Shown: positions 40,819-54,097 of the stretch, one piece after another
Layout: the number at the start of each line of letters is the position of its first letter
Numbering within the stretch: the stretch's first letter is position 1
From: Octopus vulgaris
Lineage: Eukaryota
Reading direction: 5' to 3'
Length of the DNA stretch: 64,000 nucleotides
NCBI GenBank assembly: GCA_951406725.2
Contig: OX597816.1
Coordinates: forward strand, 164,796,001 to 164,860,000
Notes under the pieces: model-generated
Seen by the model: the letters and a program-made list of their open reading frames with translations, nothing else
Database searches by the model: none
Told to the model about the DNA's origin: nothing
Position numbers and translations under genes: made by a program

Positions 40819-41269
40819 GTGTACACACACACATATACATACTTGGGGAACGGGTATCAATAATATTAGTGTGTGAGTCTGCGTTCGTAGAAAAGGTCGT
40901 GGCACTCCGTCGGTTACGACGACGAGGGTTCCAGTTGATCCGATCAACGGAACAGCCTGCTCGTGAAATTAACGTGCAAGACACGCGTGCCCATAACGTA
41001 GTTCTTGGGGAGATTCAGCGTGACACAGATTGTGACAAGGCTGGCCCCTTTGAAATACAGGTACAACTGAAACAGGAAGAAAGAGTGAGAGAAAGTTGTG
41101 GTGAAAGAATACAGCAGGGTTCGCCTTGCTCAATAAACGCTAACAACGCCTGGTCTGGGAATTGAAACCGCGATCCCACGACCGCGAGTCCGCTGCCCTA
41201 ACCACTTGTAGGGATGGGTCCTGAGATCCTCCTTTAGCACTCGATACTTTGATATTCAGCTTATTTTTG

Positions 41270-41644
41270 TTATGACAGCCAGTCTTTTTTACGGAACGAC
41301 GAGAATTTCGCTGTATCTTTTCTCTGGTACTTTTAATAAGCTGAAGGGTCAGCACACTTCTTTTTCAGCCACTTCCATGTCGATCAGTCTCTTGAAATCT
41401 CTTGCCAATTTCCCAGACTGTTGTTCGTTTCATTTTAAGCTTTTATTGCTATAGTTGTATTGTTTTCGCCTCCTTTGTAGTGGGTTATGGTTGTATTTCG
41501 GTCTATAGCCATTACTTAATTTATAAATCTGAATTTATTTAGTCTGAAACAAAAAGAAGACACGCTAAGCTTTTATATCTTATCACGTTTATTGATAGTT
41601 ATTAAAACCCAAAATGTCGGTTGCCTTAATTTCGGAACACCCTG
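41270..41644 (-). mobile_element. Tc1/mariner left end: TIR and transposase N-terminal HTH remnant
   Basis: Begins CAGGGTGTTCC. From the ATG at 41512: MAIDRNTTITHYKGGENNTTIA..MKRTTVWEIGKRFQETDRHGSG*KRSVLTLQLIKSTREKIQRNSRRS. Confidence 0.8.
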
Positions 41645-41660
41645 TGTGTATATATGTATG

Positions 41661-41691
<31 letters not shown>

Positions 41692-41772
41692 TATATATAT
41701 CGCCATACTAATACAATTGTTTGTTTGTACTCCACCTGCCTTCGTCTTTTGTTTATTTTCGTAAAGCTTCTC

Positions 41773-41891
<119 letters not shown>

Positions 41892-42267
41892 AAAAAATAC
41901 AAACTGGGACAAGAACGCAAAACATTTAGAAGAAGATACAAAAAACACGGACGGGACATTCGAAGCCTTCAATCTTCAGTCAAGAACCGGATCGTCCTCG
42001 CAATTTCGGCTGATTAATCTTGAGATTGCTCCGACCTGGCCAGCCCCAAAGGAAAATCTAAGCTAAGCGCATTAGATTCCTTGAAAGAAAGCCTCGAATG
42101 TATACAAAACAAGGACGGAAAAACGGACGATGTTACACGAATAAGAATACGAAAATACGTAAAAACAATAATGATAATAATAATAACAAAAACAGGACGT
42201 CACTGACAGGCGTCTATTGACAGGACGAGGTATGTATGTATGTATGTATGTATTGATGGGTGGATGG

Positions 42268-42314
<47 letters not shown>

Positions 42315-43442
42315 TGTATGTATGTATGTATGTATGTATGTATGTATGCATGCATGTCCCCGTAACCTAGTGGTTCGACAAAAATGTCCGATAGAATAAG
42401 TACTAGGCTTACAAATAATAAGTCTTGGCATCGATTTGTTCGACTAAAGGCAGTGCTCAAGTATGGCCGCGGTCAAATGACTGAAACATGTAAAAGAATA
42501 AAAGAATATATATATATATACACACACACATACATGCATACATACATACATACATACATACATACATACATACATACATACACACATGCATACATACATA
42601 CATACATACATACATACATACATACATACATACATACATACACATACATACATACATACATACATACATACATACATACATACATACATACATACATACA
42701 TACATACATACATACACTGATATTTTGGAATGTTTTAACTAAGGAATGGTTGCATTTCCTATTGCAGACCTGATTTCAAAAATATCGGTATTTGGTTTGA
42801 CTTCATTATTACAGCTTAAACGATTCGATGTCCAGACTACACACACACACACATATATATCAAAAATATTAAAAAAAAAGAAGAATACTTTGAGAAATTT
42901 ATCATGGATAAAATAAAGTATTTACATCTTTATGAAAAACATGCGACCGGTTTCAATTGTCTGGAAAGTTGATTTAGTCATGCTGAAATATAATGAAAAG
43001 TTATTTGAATTAAATTACATTAAACTAATCCTCCACGTTATCAATTCTGGAAGTACACCTAGTTTACGTGATTTTTGTAGTAAAAACATATGAACTGCCA
43101 GAACTGATATCATGAACGATAATTTAATTTAATTTAATTTATTTTAGTTTATTTTCCATTTTCTTTCAACGTGACTAAAACGTATTTCTTAGCTTTGATA
43201 TAGTGCATTTTACAGCTGGCTTCTTCAACTTTTTTCTGAATCTCATTTACACCACAACGTTTCAGTGTGTTTATTCATCAAACCCTTCTGTTTTTCTCTT
43301 CTTTATACTTCTTTAATCATTCTAAGATCTACAGTAACGACAAGAGCTTTGTTTCACTGATATTTATTATAGCATGTTTGTATATATGTGCCTCTCTGTG
43401 TAAGCTTGTATACGTGTGGGCGTTCGTGCGTGTGTGTATATA

Positions 43443-43481
<39 letters not shown>

Positions 43482-44038
43482 TGTGTGTATATATATATAT
43501 GCATTATGTATATATGTTTACATACATAGAAACATACAAGCACGCGCACTCACACACTCACATACACACACATAAATATATATCTGTGCGTGATCTATGG
43601 CAGTTGTTTCTGGTAGACATTAGAACTACAATTTAGAGAATTCAGGTTGATTTATGGTGACATTTCATGGCTTTTCAGATGACAATCCAGAAACATTAAA
43701 TACGATCTGTCTTATACTCTAGAAATCAATACATACTCATGTTAGCCAGCCTTTAATGCTTTACCTATTAAAGACACTTAACCTTGCTCTTGCTACCGTA
43801 TTTTCACAAATAAATTAAACACAAAGCCAACGTCTTATGTTGCATAAACAATACTGTAAACGTTCAAGCATGGTCACACGCAGCCGTAGCTGTGTAGCAG
43901 TAAGAAGTTTGCTCCGCAGCCACATGGTTCCAGGTTCAATCCCACTGCGTGGCACCTTGGGAATGTGCCTTCAGCTAAAACATCGGGCCGAGCGAAAGAT
44001 GGAAATCTAGATTTACTTACGGAGACAGTAATTTAAAT

Positions 44039-44160
44039 ATCGCCTGAGGAGATACCTATGGATCTTCTTATACAGGTAAATCGTTACACAATTTAATTAA
44101 AATCTAACTTTAATTCCTGTATATAAGTGAATCCGTATGCATCGAAACATTTGTAGTGAT
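44039..44160 (+). ncRNA. Type I hammerhead ribozyme with long stem II
   Basis: ATCGC-CTGAGGA(44044-50)-~93-nt stem II (GAT..ATGGAT..CTTATACAGG / CCTGTATATAAG..ATCCGT..ATC)-GAAA(44144-47)-CATTTG-TA-GTGAT. ATTAAA and a TA tract follow. Confidence 0.8.
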
Positions 44161-44201
44161 TATTAAAAAGTTGCTCTTACTCTTCCTTTTGACTCTTATT
44201 A

Positions 44202-44258
<57 letters not shown>

Positions 44259-44276
44259 GCGTGTGTGTATATATAT

Positions 44277-44417
44277 ATTTGTAATATATGTGACAATTAT
44301 TCGGTTGTCAGTTTTATTATGGCAACCGAATAATTGTCATTATATTACAAATTAATTTCTCTATTTACATAATATCGAGGTCTCTTTCATTCTTTTGTTG
44401 TCTTACCATTACTATTA
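44277..44417. mobile_element. Short TA-flanked element with terminal hairpin (44277-44310 / 44320-44352)
   Basis: ATTTGTAATATATGTGACAATTATTCGGTTGTCA pairs with TGGCAACCGAATAATTGTCATTATATTACAAAT. Confidence 0.65.
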
Positions 44418-44485
<68 letters not shown>

Positions 44486-44517
44486 ATATATATATATATA
44501 TGCATATATATACGTGT

Positions 44518-44567
<50 letters not shown>

Positions 44568-44831
44568 TGTGTGTTTGTTTGTGTGTCTGTGTTTGTCCCA
44601 CTTGACAACCGATGCTGGTGTGTTTACGTCCCCGTTACTTAGCGGTTCGGCAAAAGATACCGATAGAATAAGTACTGGGCTTACAAAGAATAAGTCTCGG
44701 GGTCGATTTGCTCGACTAAAGGCGGTGCTCCAGCATGGCCGCAGTCAAATGACTGAAACAAGTAAAAGAGTAAAGAGTATATATATGTATATATATATAT
44801 ATGTCTGTATGCGTGTGTGCGTGCGTGCGTT

Positions 44832-44897
<66 letters not shown>

Positions 44898-45129
44898 CAT
44901 GTGTGTATCCTTGTGCCTGTGTTTGTACCGGCATTGGTGCGTTTACGTCCCCGTAACTTAGTACCATGCTTAAAAAAGAATAAGTACCGGAGTCGATTCG
45001 TTCGACTACAATTCTTCAAGGTGGCACCCCAGCATGGTCGTAATCTGATAACTGAAACAAGCAAAAAATTAACTATAAAAGACCCTACTAAATCCTGCTG
45101 CAGTTCTTATAGAATTTTGGGTCTTCAAA

Positions 45130-45218
45130 AGTCATCGTGGCGTATAAGTCGACCTACCTTGTGTTTTGACTGTAAATTTTAGTATGAAGAATTCGACTTA
45201 TACGTTGCAAAATACGGA
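45130..45218 (-). mobile_element. Possible Tc1/pogo-type MITE end
   Basis: CCGTATTTTGCAACGTATAAGTCGA terminus with an internal inverted CGTATAAGTCGA. Confidence 0.4.
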
Positions 45219-45509
45219 ATTTCTGATGCTAATACCATTGAATATGTAATTATATATTCTTTTCTTCTTCTATTCTTTTGCCTGTTTCAGTCATCTGACG
45301 GCGGCCATGCTGAGGCACCCCCTTTAGTCGAATAAATCGACCCCAGGACTTAATTTCTTTAAGCTTTGTACTTATTCTATCGCTCTTTGTTGCCGAACCG
45401 CTAAGTTAATGAGGACGTAAACACACCAGCATTGGTTGTCAAGCGATGGTGAAGGATAAAGACAAACACATCTACTTGCACACACACACTCATTTATCAA
45501 TATACATAC

Positions 45510-45575
<66 letters not shown>

Positions 45576-45894
45576 TTATACATATATATTTGTATAAATT
45601 ATTACAATAATCAAGGATAAAATCTATATAGGGTTTTATCAAGTAGATAACATGTAAAACTTTATAGAATTAATTAATACAGAGTATATAATTTTTTTAT
45701 AATAATTATAAGGGCAACTACATGGTGGAACCACATGCTAGAAGAAGATGTCAAATGACTCTAAAACAACTTTATTTATCCGATAGACACGGGCTGAAAG
45801 CGAGGAAACTGAAAGAAGCCCGTTACACGCGAAGCTTGCTTCCCAACACCATGGTTCCGTGCAAAGTGTCTCCTACTACATGTCATCAAGGCAG

Positions 45895-46120
45895 TCCATT
45901 TCACAACTGTAGTAGTAACGGGGTGTCCTATCTTGCTGGAAATATTTCCAAAGACATCTTGAATGTTTGACAAGACAAACTGTCACAGTAAGTTCAAGTA
46001 AATGGGACCAGTCGCAGAACCGTCAAAATAGAATGGTCCAATTAACTCATTTGATGATAAACCTCACCGTATTGTAAGATCCTGCTAAATCAACATGATG
46101 TTCTGCCTTCAAATGCAGAT
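45895..46120 (-). pseudogene. Tc1/mariner DDE-domain fragment
   Basis: GLSSNELIGPFYFDGSATGPIYLNLL..FQQDRTPRYY, matching the IGPFFFDGTVT..YL..FQQDGAPPHY pattern. Confidence 0.72.
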
Positions 46121-48346
46121 TCCAGGGCCCCTGTAGGTGCATTGTATTTAGATATAGCCTTATACTCCATTTGAAATATTAATTGCAAAATTTCAAGTAA
46201 TTTTAATGAATCGACTCGATTTAAAAAAAATTATTGTTAGCAAATTATTTTCAATTTTACCTTTATATTATTCAAACAAAAATAAAATTCTGCGATATCT
46301 TACAGTCAGTGGCAGACCGGCCAGGTTGCCAGCTTGCCCGATGGCAAGTGGGCCCCTACCCCATTAGAATCCATATATGGGGGCCCATGTTAGTATCTAA
46401 GGGGTCCATCCCCTCAAGTTTGAGAATTTTTTATTCACTCCTGGAAGAATGCATTGTGGAGACACAATGGCCCAGTGGTTAGGGCAGCGGACTCGCGGTC
46501 AGAGGATCCCGGTTTCGTTTCCCAGACCGGGCGCGAAAACACCTGAAGCTCCACGATGCTCTGGCAGTGGGTTTTGGCGACCCCTGTTGTACTCTTTCGC
46601 CCCAACTTTCTCTCACTCTTTCGCCCCAACTTTCTCTCACTCTTTCTTCCTGTTTCTTGGGTAACGCTGCAGTGGACTGGCGTTCCGTCTAGCTGGTGGG
46701 GGGGGGGGGACTCATACGCCACAGAAACCGGGAAACCGGGTCCATGAGCCTGGCTAGGTTTGGAAAAGGGCGCATAAATAAAAATTAAAGAATGAATTAT
46801 TTCAGCCTGGCTGTGTTTGTAGACAGCTGAATACTTAACAAAAAAAAAAAAAAAAAAAAATTCAATGATAGCATTGTTGTTGCGGGTGAGTCCCATTAGT
46901 CTTCTGGCAACCAATATTTTTAGACGCAGTCCGACACTGCTTACAATAATTCTTCGTATCTTGTCAGCTTCTTTACATAAAGTCTTGAAACCGAAATTCT
47001 TCATTCGATTTCACAACACTTTTTGCTTAATTTGTCAAATATTATTAACGTTTTCTTTTATTTCGTTTGCATCTGTGTTTACATTGCCAATCAGATATTT
47101 AGAGAAATATTTACATTTAACATGATGCCCTTCTCTTTAACATAAGTCTTAATAAAATTGTTATCTTAATAACTTAACGTTTTAATGAGTTTTCTATATT
47201 TTTCTTGTATATGTTTGTAGATAATTAATTTATTTTTGATTAGATTTTAATTAAAATATGTGTAGCATTTCATTATATAATTATTCAAGTCATTAATGGA
47301 AAATTTACATTTGGCAATGCTTTCTTTTATTTGTGCTTCATTATTATCTCTTTATTTGTTATTATTAATTATATTCTCGCGTCTACATAGTGTGAGAGAA
47401 AGTTGTGGTGAAAGAGTACAGCAGAGTTCACCACCACCCCCTGCCGGAGACTCGTAGAGCTTTAGATGTTTTCTCTCTTAATTATCACTTACAACGCCCG
47501 GTCTGGGAATGGAAATCGCGATCTATGACCGCGAGTTCACTGCTCTAATCACTGGGCCATTGCGCCTCCACAATTCTTATAATAATACAATTTGTATATA
47601 AAAATACATCATTGTCAGACATTATTGTCGAACTAAGGGTCAGCAAGCTACAGAGAGAGCAGCCACATCTTACTCAAATAACATTTGACTAGTTAGAAAT
47701 ATTATTTATTTATTAAGGTGGCGAGCGTCAGAACCATTAGCACTATGGGCAAATGCTTAACGGCATTTCGTCCGTTTTTACGTTCTGAGTTAAAATTCCA
47801 CCGAGGTCGACTTTGCCTTTCATCCTTTCGAAATCGGTAGTTGTTAGTTGTCGGAGCACTGCATCCTTCAAAACTTCCATGCTTCCTGAGATTCGCCAAC
47901 ACTACACCTGATTTTCTCCCCTCCATACACAAGCAAGCATGTATCTGACTCATACACTTCGCTTTCCAGACATTTGTACATTACTGCATATACTTTATGC
48001 GCACTTTTGACAAGTTGAGGTGCACCTGAGGACTGTATACAATAATTTCATTATTATTATTTAAAATAAGTAGCAGTTTAGTCCTGGGGTTGATGTGAAA
48101 GACTAACCCCATCCTCGGAATTGCTGGCCTTGTGCCTAAATTTGAAACCAATATTATTCGAGTGAGAAATTATGTTACTTTCATAATTTTTTTATTAATA
48201 ATTTTTGTTGACGCTTGTTTTCTTCCTATGACTAAGTGCCTGAGCCAGTCTAGCATCTGGAATATCGTCAGGCACTCACCGCCCCCACCCACCAGTCAGG
48301 CAATGCAGCCGGTGGAAGTTCTTAGTTAGCAATATTGAAATCTAGT

Positions 48347-48770
48347 GGCGGCGAGCTGGCAGAAACGTTAGCATGCCGGGTGAAATGCGTAGCCGTATTT
48401 CGTCTGCCGTTACGTTCTGAGTTCAAATTTCGCCGAAGTCGACTTTGCCTTTCATCCTTTCGGGGTCGATAAATTAAGTACCAGTTACGCACTGGGGTCG
48501 CTGTAATCGACTTAATCCGTGTGTCTGTCCTTGTTTGTCCCCTCTGTGTTTAGCCCCTTGTGGGTAGTAAAGAAATAGGTATTTCGTCTGCGGTTACGTT
48601 CCGAGTTCAAATTCCGCCGAGGTCGACTTTGCCTTTCATCCTTTCGGGGTCGATAAATTAAGTACCAGTTACGCACTGAGGTCGATGTAATCGACTTAAT
48701 CCGTGTGTCTGTCCTTGTTTGTCCCCTCTGTGTTTAGCCCCTTGTGGGTAGTAAAGAAATAAAGAATATA
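48347..48770 (+). mobile_element. Family B SINE with internal tandem duplication and 10-bp TSD (other copies 2680-2880, 12160-12532, 47717-47835, 54100-54510)
   Basis: Head GGCGGCGAGCTGGCAGAA, B box GAGTTCAAAT; the body is repeated with ~183-bp period. TSD GAAATCTAGT at 48337-48346 and 48771-48780. Confidence 0.9.
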
Positions 48771-48780
48771 GAAATCTAGT

Positions 48781-48916
48781 CGTGGATAAGAGAGATGATA
48801 TTCTCGGGGAAACTCTAGGCGTCGACGAGGATGAACAATCTGGATTGTTTTGGAAGATTTTCAGGCCGGGTACTAACATAGAAAACTTCCAGAAATCCCT
48901 GACCTGGAAGTGGTAA
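48781..48916 (+). pseudogene. Fragment of the same L1/Tx1-like family
   Basis: DDILGETLGVDEDEQSGLFWKIFRPGTNIENFQKSLTW overlaps the NFQKSLAW motif of the 53-kb copy. Confidence 0.65.
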
Positions 48917-49441
48917 ACACCAGAAGGCATTTGAACATAGTTTTGTTCAATTAAAGTTGACACGAAGTTAAAGAACAACAACAATAACGCCACAACCTCC
49001 AACAAAAACAACAACAACAGCATTCTGCTTCTTTTGGGATTCCGTAATATATTACTCAGGTTAGAAATATAATTCCTTGAGTTTAATTCTCTGTTACCGT
49101 TTTTGTTTTTACTAACTCGGCATCTTGTTATTCTTGGAAATCTTTGTTTATAGTTTCAGAGAATTTCAAGAAACAGGATTCCTGTTATTTCTTTCTTGTT
49201 TCTGATGTTAATCTGTGACTGAGTTCGTATGATAGATATCCGTCTCTGTTAGTACATATTCTTCTTTCAGCTAAAATCTTTAGACACTCTAACACAGAAC
49301 TAAGAACAAATAAAAATATGTGTTGCTATTTAGTTTTGTTTACCTTTTATCTTTTACTTGTTTCATTCATTAGACTGCGGTCATGCTGGGGCATCGTCTT
49401 GAAGAATTTTACACGAACGAATCGACCCTGGTACACACACT

Positions 49442-49499
<58 letters not shown>

Positions 49500-49639
49500 T
49501 ATATAGAGTGCATTACTATACATAAATGCCATACGTTAGGAGGGACTCTTAAGGTCAAAACTACTAAAATAAATAAACACATCGTACCGAAAGCGAGGGA
49601 AGGCAACTCTCGAAGTTAGCCATTTAAAAACAGAATTCA

Positions 49640-49701
49640 GCTTCAAATCACAAGATTTCATAATTAGTGCAGAAATGTACTCTTTAATCGTCAGTGCACG
49701 C
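49640..49701 (-). ncRNA. Degenerate hammerhead in a paralogous element at ~49505-49800
   Basis: Minus strand: CTGACGA-TTAAAGAGTACATTTCTGCACTAATTAT-GAAA-TCTTGTGA-TT-TGAAGC. The core is intact and stem I is eroded; the flanks are homologous to 40480-40760. Confidence 0.55.
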
Positions 49702-50091
49702 ATAATTCAAGATATATAATGAATGAACAAAAATCAACCTACCAGACGAACAACCAATGTATCCAACGTAGCATATAGAAATGTTCACTCTTTATACATC
49801 TATGTAAATGGCGGGCTTTTACGAACTGCATCTCGGTATAAACGTGTTTAATCGGAATAAAAATTCATTACTGAATGTACCGATGTTGACAACCGGTGTT
49901 GGTGCGTTTACGTCCCCGTTATTTAGCGGTTCGGGAAAAGAGACCAGTAGAATACGTACTAGACTTTAAAAAAATATAAGAACTGGAGTCGATTTATTTG
50001 CCGAAAAATTCTTAAATGTGGTGCCCCAGTATGGGCACAATCAAATGATTGAAGCAAGAAAAAGATTAAAGAGCATATATATAATTATTAT

Positions 50092-50244
50092 AGGTGCAGG
50101 CGTGGCTGTGTGGTAAGAAGCATGCTTCCCAACCACATGGTTCCTGGTTCATGGCACCTTAGGTAAGTGACCTCTACTATAGCTTTAGGGTGACCAAAGC
50201 CTTGTGAGTGGATCTGGCAGACGGAAACTGAAAGAAGCCTATTG

Positions 50245-50328
<84 letters not shown>

Positions 50329-50655
50329 TGGTTAGAGCGTCGAGCTTACGATCGTGAGGTTGTGAGCTCGATTCCCGGACCGGGCTGCGTGTTGTGTTCT
50401 CGAGCAAGGCACTTTATTTCACGTTGCTCCAGTTCACTCAGCTGTAGAAATGAGTTGCGACGTCACAGGTGCTAAGCTGTATCGACCTTTGTCTTTCCCT
50501 TGTTTTGGATAACACTGGTGGCGTGGAGAGGGAGGCTGGTATGCATGGGCGACTGCTGGCCTTCCATAAACAACCTTGCCCGGACTTGTGTCTAAGAGGG
50601 TAACTTTCTAGGTGCAATCCCATGGTCATTCATGACCGAAGGGGGTATATTATAT

Positions 50656-50702
<47 letters not shown>

Positions 50703-50710
50703 CACACACT

Positions 50711-50741
<31 letters not shown>

Positions 50742-50950
50742 GTTTGTGTGTATTTGTGTTTGTGTTTGTCCCCTCGTTTGACAACCGATGTTGGTGTGTC
50801 TACGCCCGCAAAACTTAGCGGTTCGGCATAAATGACCGATAGAATAAGTACTAGGCTTACAAAGATTAAGTTCTGGGGTCGATTTGTTCGACTAAAGGCG
50901 GTACTCCAGCATGGCCGCAGTCAAATGACTGAAACAAATAAAAGGATAAA
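50092..50950 (+). mobile_element. Family A SINE interrupted by a family D SINE (50326-50645)
   Basis: Head 50092-50245, TA tract, family D insert, TA tract, tail 50745-50950. Confidence 0.85.
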
Positions 50951-51567
50951 AGTGTGGGGGGGGGTCAAATCTCGAAGCAGATAAAGCTGTAGATAATAGT
51001 GTGTAAACTTTGGGTTAAAGCCCATCTGCACTGAAAAGGTCAAAGACTACTTGTATGAAACGAACCCACATCTATGAGGTCGGATGTCACCGAGGTCGCC
51101 TTTGACTTTCATCACCCTTTTTGGATCGATAAAATAAGTACCAGTCAGACAATGGGGTCGATGTAACAGACTCATGCATCTCCCCAAAATTCCTAGCCTT
51201 GGGCCAAATGTTTCAAACCAATATTTACATTTTGTTGTTTATAGCTTTATATACTTCGAGATTCAGCATTCCCAAAACGGATTCTTTTTCACGTTCTGAA
51301 AGTTTCAAAATCCTTATGACGTCAACAATGTGTGTGTGTGTTTGTGTGTGTCTGTGTGTGTGTATATATGCATGTATATAGTCGCCATCTTGAGGCACCG
51401 CCTTAAAAGGTTTTGGCTGAATATATCGATCCAGTTCTTATTTTAGTCTGATATTTTATTGATTCCTTTTCATCGATTTATCGGAGGTTCAATTAGCTTT
51501 TTGTTAGAAAAGATTCGACGGAAAACCTACACTCGCTCAGATCCATCCAATCATACACACACACGCA

Positions 51568-51646
<79 letters not shown>

Positions 51647-52455
51647 GCATATATAAAATGTATGTTTGTATGTTTGCACGTGAGAATACATACATACATA
51701 CACGTACATCCATCCATACACACATATATGTATATATACACACGCACACACATATAGACATATATATATTCACACAAACATTATTACATATACACACAAA
51801 GCACACATATTTACGTATAGCTCGCCCTATAAACCATTAAAAGGATCTTGAACCAGTTGAAATGCTTTCAAGTACAATCTAAACAAACGTACTTTTACCC
51901 AAATCGCATCTTCTTCGCTGTATGCACTTTAAAACCAACCATTTCGAGCGTGTATATGCCTATATACCGTTTATCTTTTACTTGTTTCAATCATTAGAAT
52001 GCGGCCATGCTGGGGCACAGCCCGGAAAAATTCGTAGTCGAAAGAATCGTTCCTCTCCGGTGCATGCTGTAATGTCGGTCATTTATGCGCCATGGAAAGC
52101 GGTCAACCGGCCGTATGAGTCTGAGATGTTGATAAGGATGAATATCGGTCCATGGTAATTTTATGATTTGTTGCTGTTACCACGTAAAAATATTCTAATT
52201 CACAGTCATTAACCATTCAAGATAGAAATCAGAAGACACTCTGGTTTATCAAGAATTGTCTAAGACTTCACCTACCACTCATTCAGTTCTCATTGCCCCC
52301 GAAATTCCCATTCCAGTTTGGTCTTGAGTAAAAACTGAAGGCAGTGAAACAACGTGACGAATAACGATAAAAACGATATCGAAACAATCACATTAGTTTC
52401 ACCACTACCTACAACAACTGTCATAAGGACAACATACTAGGATAGCCACAAAATC

Positions 52456-52536
<81 letters not shown>

Positions 52537-52540
52537 AATA

Positions 52541-53299
52541 ATTTATTTTTTATTGGTTAATATATGCAAACATAAAATGACATACAATAGCATTAAAAGA
52601 CAAAAACCGGACGATACAATGGGCTTTGACATTCATGTACACAGTAAATAACAATAAAAATTAAACAAGTAAAACTCCCAATGGAAATAAGCGCTTTAAA
52701 GGTTACTTGTGGAAAACCCCAGAAAAGCCACGGGAGCCTGATCAACAGTGCAAGAGCCCTTCTCTTTTTATTTTTCACGGGTGTATACTCAGGAGTGGTC
52801 CTTTCACTGACCATTCTTCCAACATTCACCCACCTTTCAATAAACCTGTTAGAAAGCAACATTGCCCTCTCCACCCTCACCTTCTTTTTCAAGTATAACT
52901 TGAAAAAGTTGATGAGGGCTTGGCCAAAGAGGAAAGTGTCTGACTTTAACCCTTTCAATCGAGTCCACCATACTACCTCCTTTGCTACAATCACCAGACA
53001 AATAAAATTTACCTGCCCCTCCCGGCCAAATTTAGTGGGTGGTGGGGAAATCTTTACTATGGATTCAGCAGATAACCGGATCCGCCCTACATTCGACAAC
53101 AGGTGTTCGACATAAACCCACAGGTCAGCAATGATCAGGCACTGGACGAGGGCGTACAGAACGGTTTCGTCGCTCGGGACGCAACTCGGGAAGGTCGGCT
53201 AACGGTACTTCTGTGCCTGTAAAATTTATCCCGAATAGGCAGCGCCACTCGGTAGCACTGCCAGGCGAGGGATTTCTGGAAGTTATCCATAGGCCCCGT
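52541..53299 (-). mobile_element. L1/Tx1-clade LINE 3' end (zf-RVT region, UTR, A-rich tail)
   Basis: GPMDNFQKSLAWQCYRVALPIRDK..DETVLYALVQC..LWVYVEHLL..AKEVVWWTR. AATAAA and an A-rich tail abut (AAT/AAC)n. Confidence 0.8.
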
Positions 53300-53730
53300 C
53301 TAAAGTTCCAAATAGATAAGAGCAGCGAATCGTTCCTTTGTAAGATGTGTGGCAGCAAAAACGAAACAGTCTCACATATTGAGAGTGAGTATAGCAAGCT
53401 AACCCAAAAGCACTACAGAAGGAGGCACGATAACGTGGCTAAGTTTGTCTACTGGAGGCCATGTGAAAAGTACGTCCTGAACAGACCACGGAAGTGGTAC
53501 GAACATGAACCAGAAGGAGTCACCGAGAACAAAGAGTATACGATACAGTGGGATTTTACAATCCAGTGTGACTCCCCAATCGAGGCTTGGAGACCAGATA
53601 TTGCTGTGAAAGGTAAAGGAAACAAAGAAAACTAAAATTATAGATATTGCAAAACCTGGGGACAGACGCATAAGTGACAAAGAACTAGAAAAGATTGAAA
53701 AGTACAAACTACTAAAAGACGAAATAGCAA
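53300..53730 (+). pseudogene. R4/Dong-clade zinc knuckle + RLE endonuclease fragment
   Basis: CKMCGSKNETVSHI..YRRRHDNVAK..WYEHEPE..WDFTIQCD..RPDI..IIDIAKPGD..KELEKIEKY. Confidence 0.88.
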
Positions 53731-53771
53731 ATACTCAAAGAGAGCTAATAATGCTGATGTTGACACAACCC

Positions 53772-54030
53772 ACACCCAGAAGGAATACAAGAGACGTCAC
53801 GACAATATAGCCAGGCTTGTCCATTGGACACTTTGCAACGAGTATGGACTTGACAGAGAAAAAAATTGGTACGACCACAAACCTGAAGGCATTGTCGAAA
53901 ATAGAAATGCAAAGATCCTATGGGATTTTATGATTCAGTGTGACCATGAGATAGGAAGCCGGACATTGTCTTAATTGAGAAAGAAAACAAACTATGCTGG
54001 ATCATAGATATAGCATGCCCAGCTGACACT
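53772..54030 (+). pseudogene. Second, divergent R4/Dong RLE fragment
   Basis: QKEYKRRHDNIARLVHWTLC..WYDHKPEG..ILWDFMIQCDHEI..KPDIVLIEKE..IIDIACPAD. Confidence 0.85.
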
Positions 54031-54063
54031 GTAGTACATCTCCAGCATTAGAAGCTGTGCAAA

Positions 54064-54097
<34 letters not shown>

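Noticed and set aside
46800-47130. Possible hAT transposase remnant following a CAGTGGCAGACCGGCC terminus at ~46305
   Set aside because: The peptide similarity is too weak to support by eye.
48235-48277. AGTGCCTGA..TCAGGCACT hairpin containing CTGACGA on the minus strand
   Set aside because: No GAAA or stem III is present, so this is a simple hairpin.
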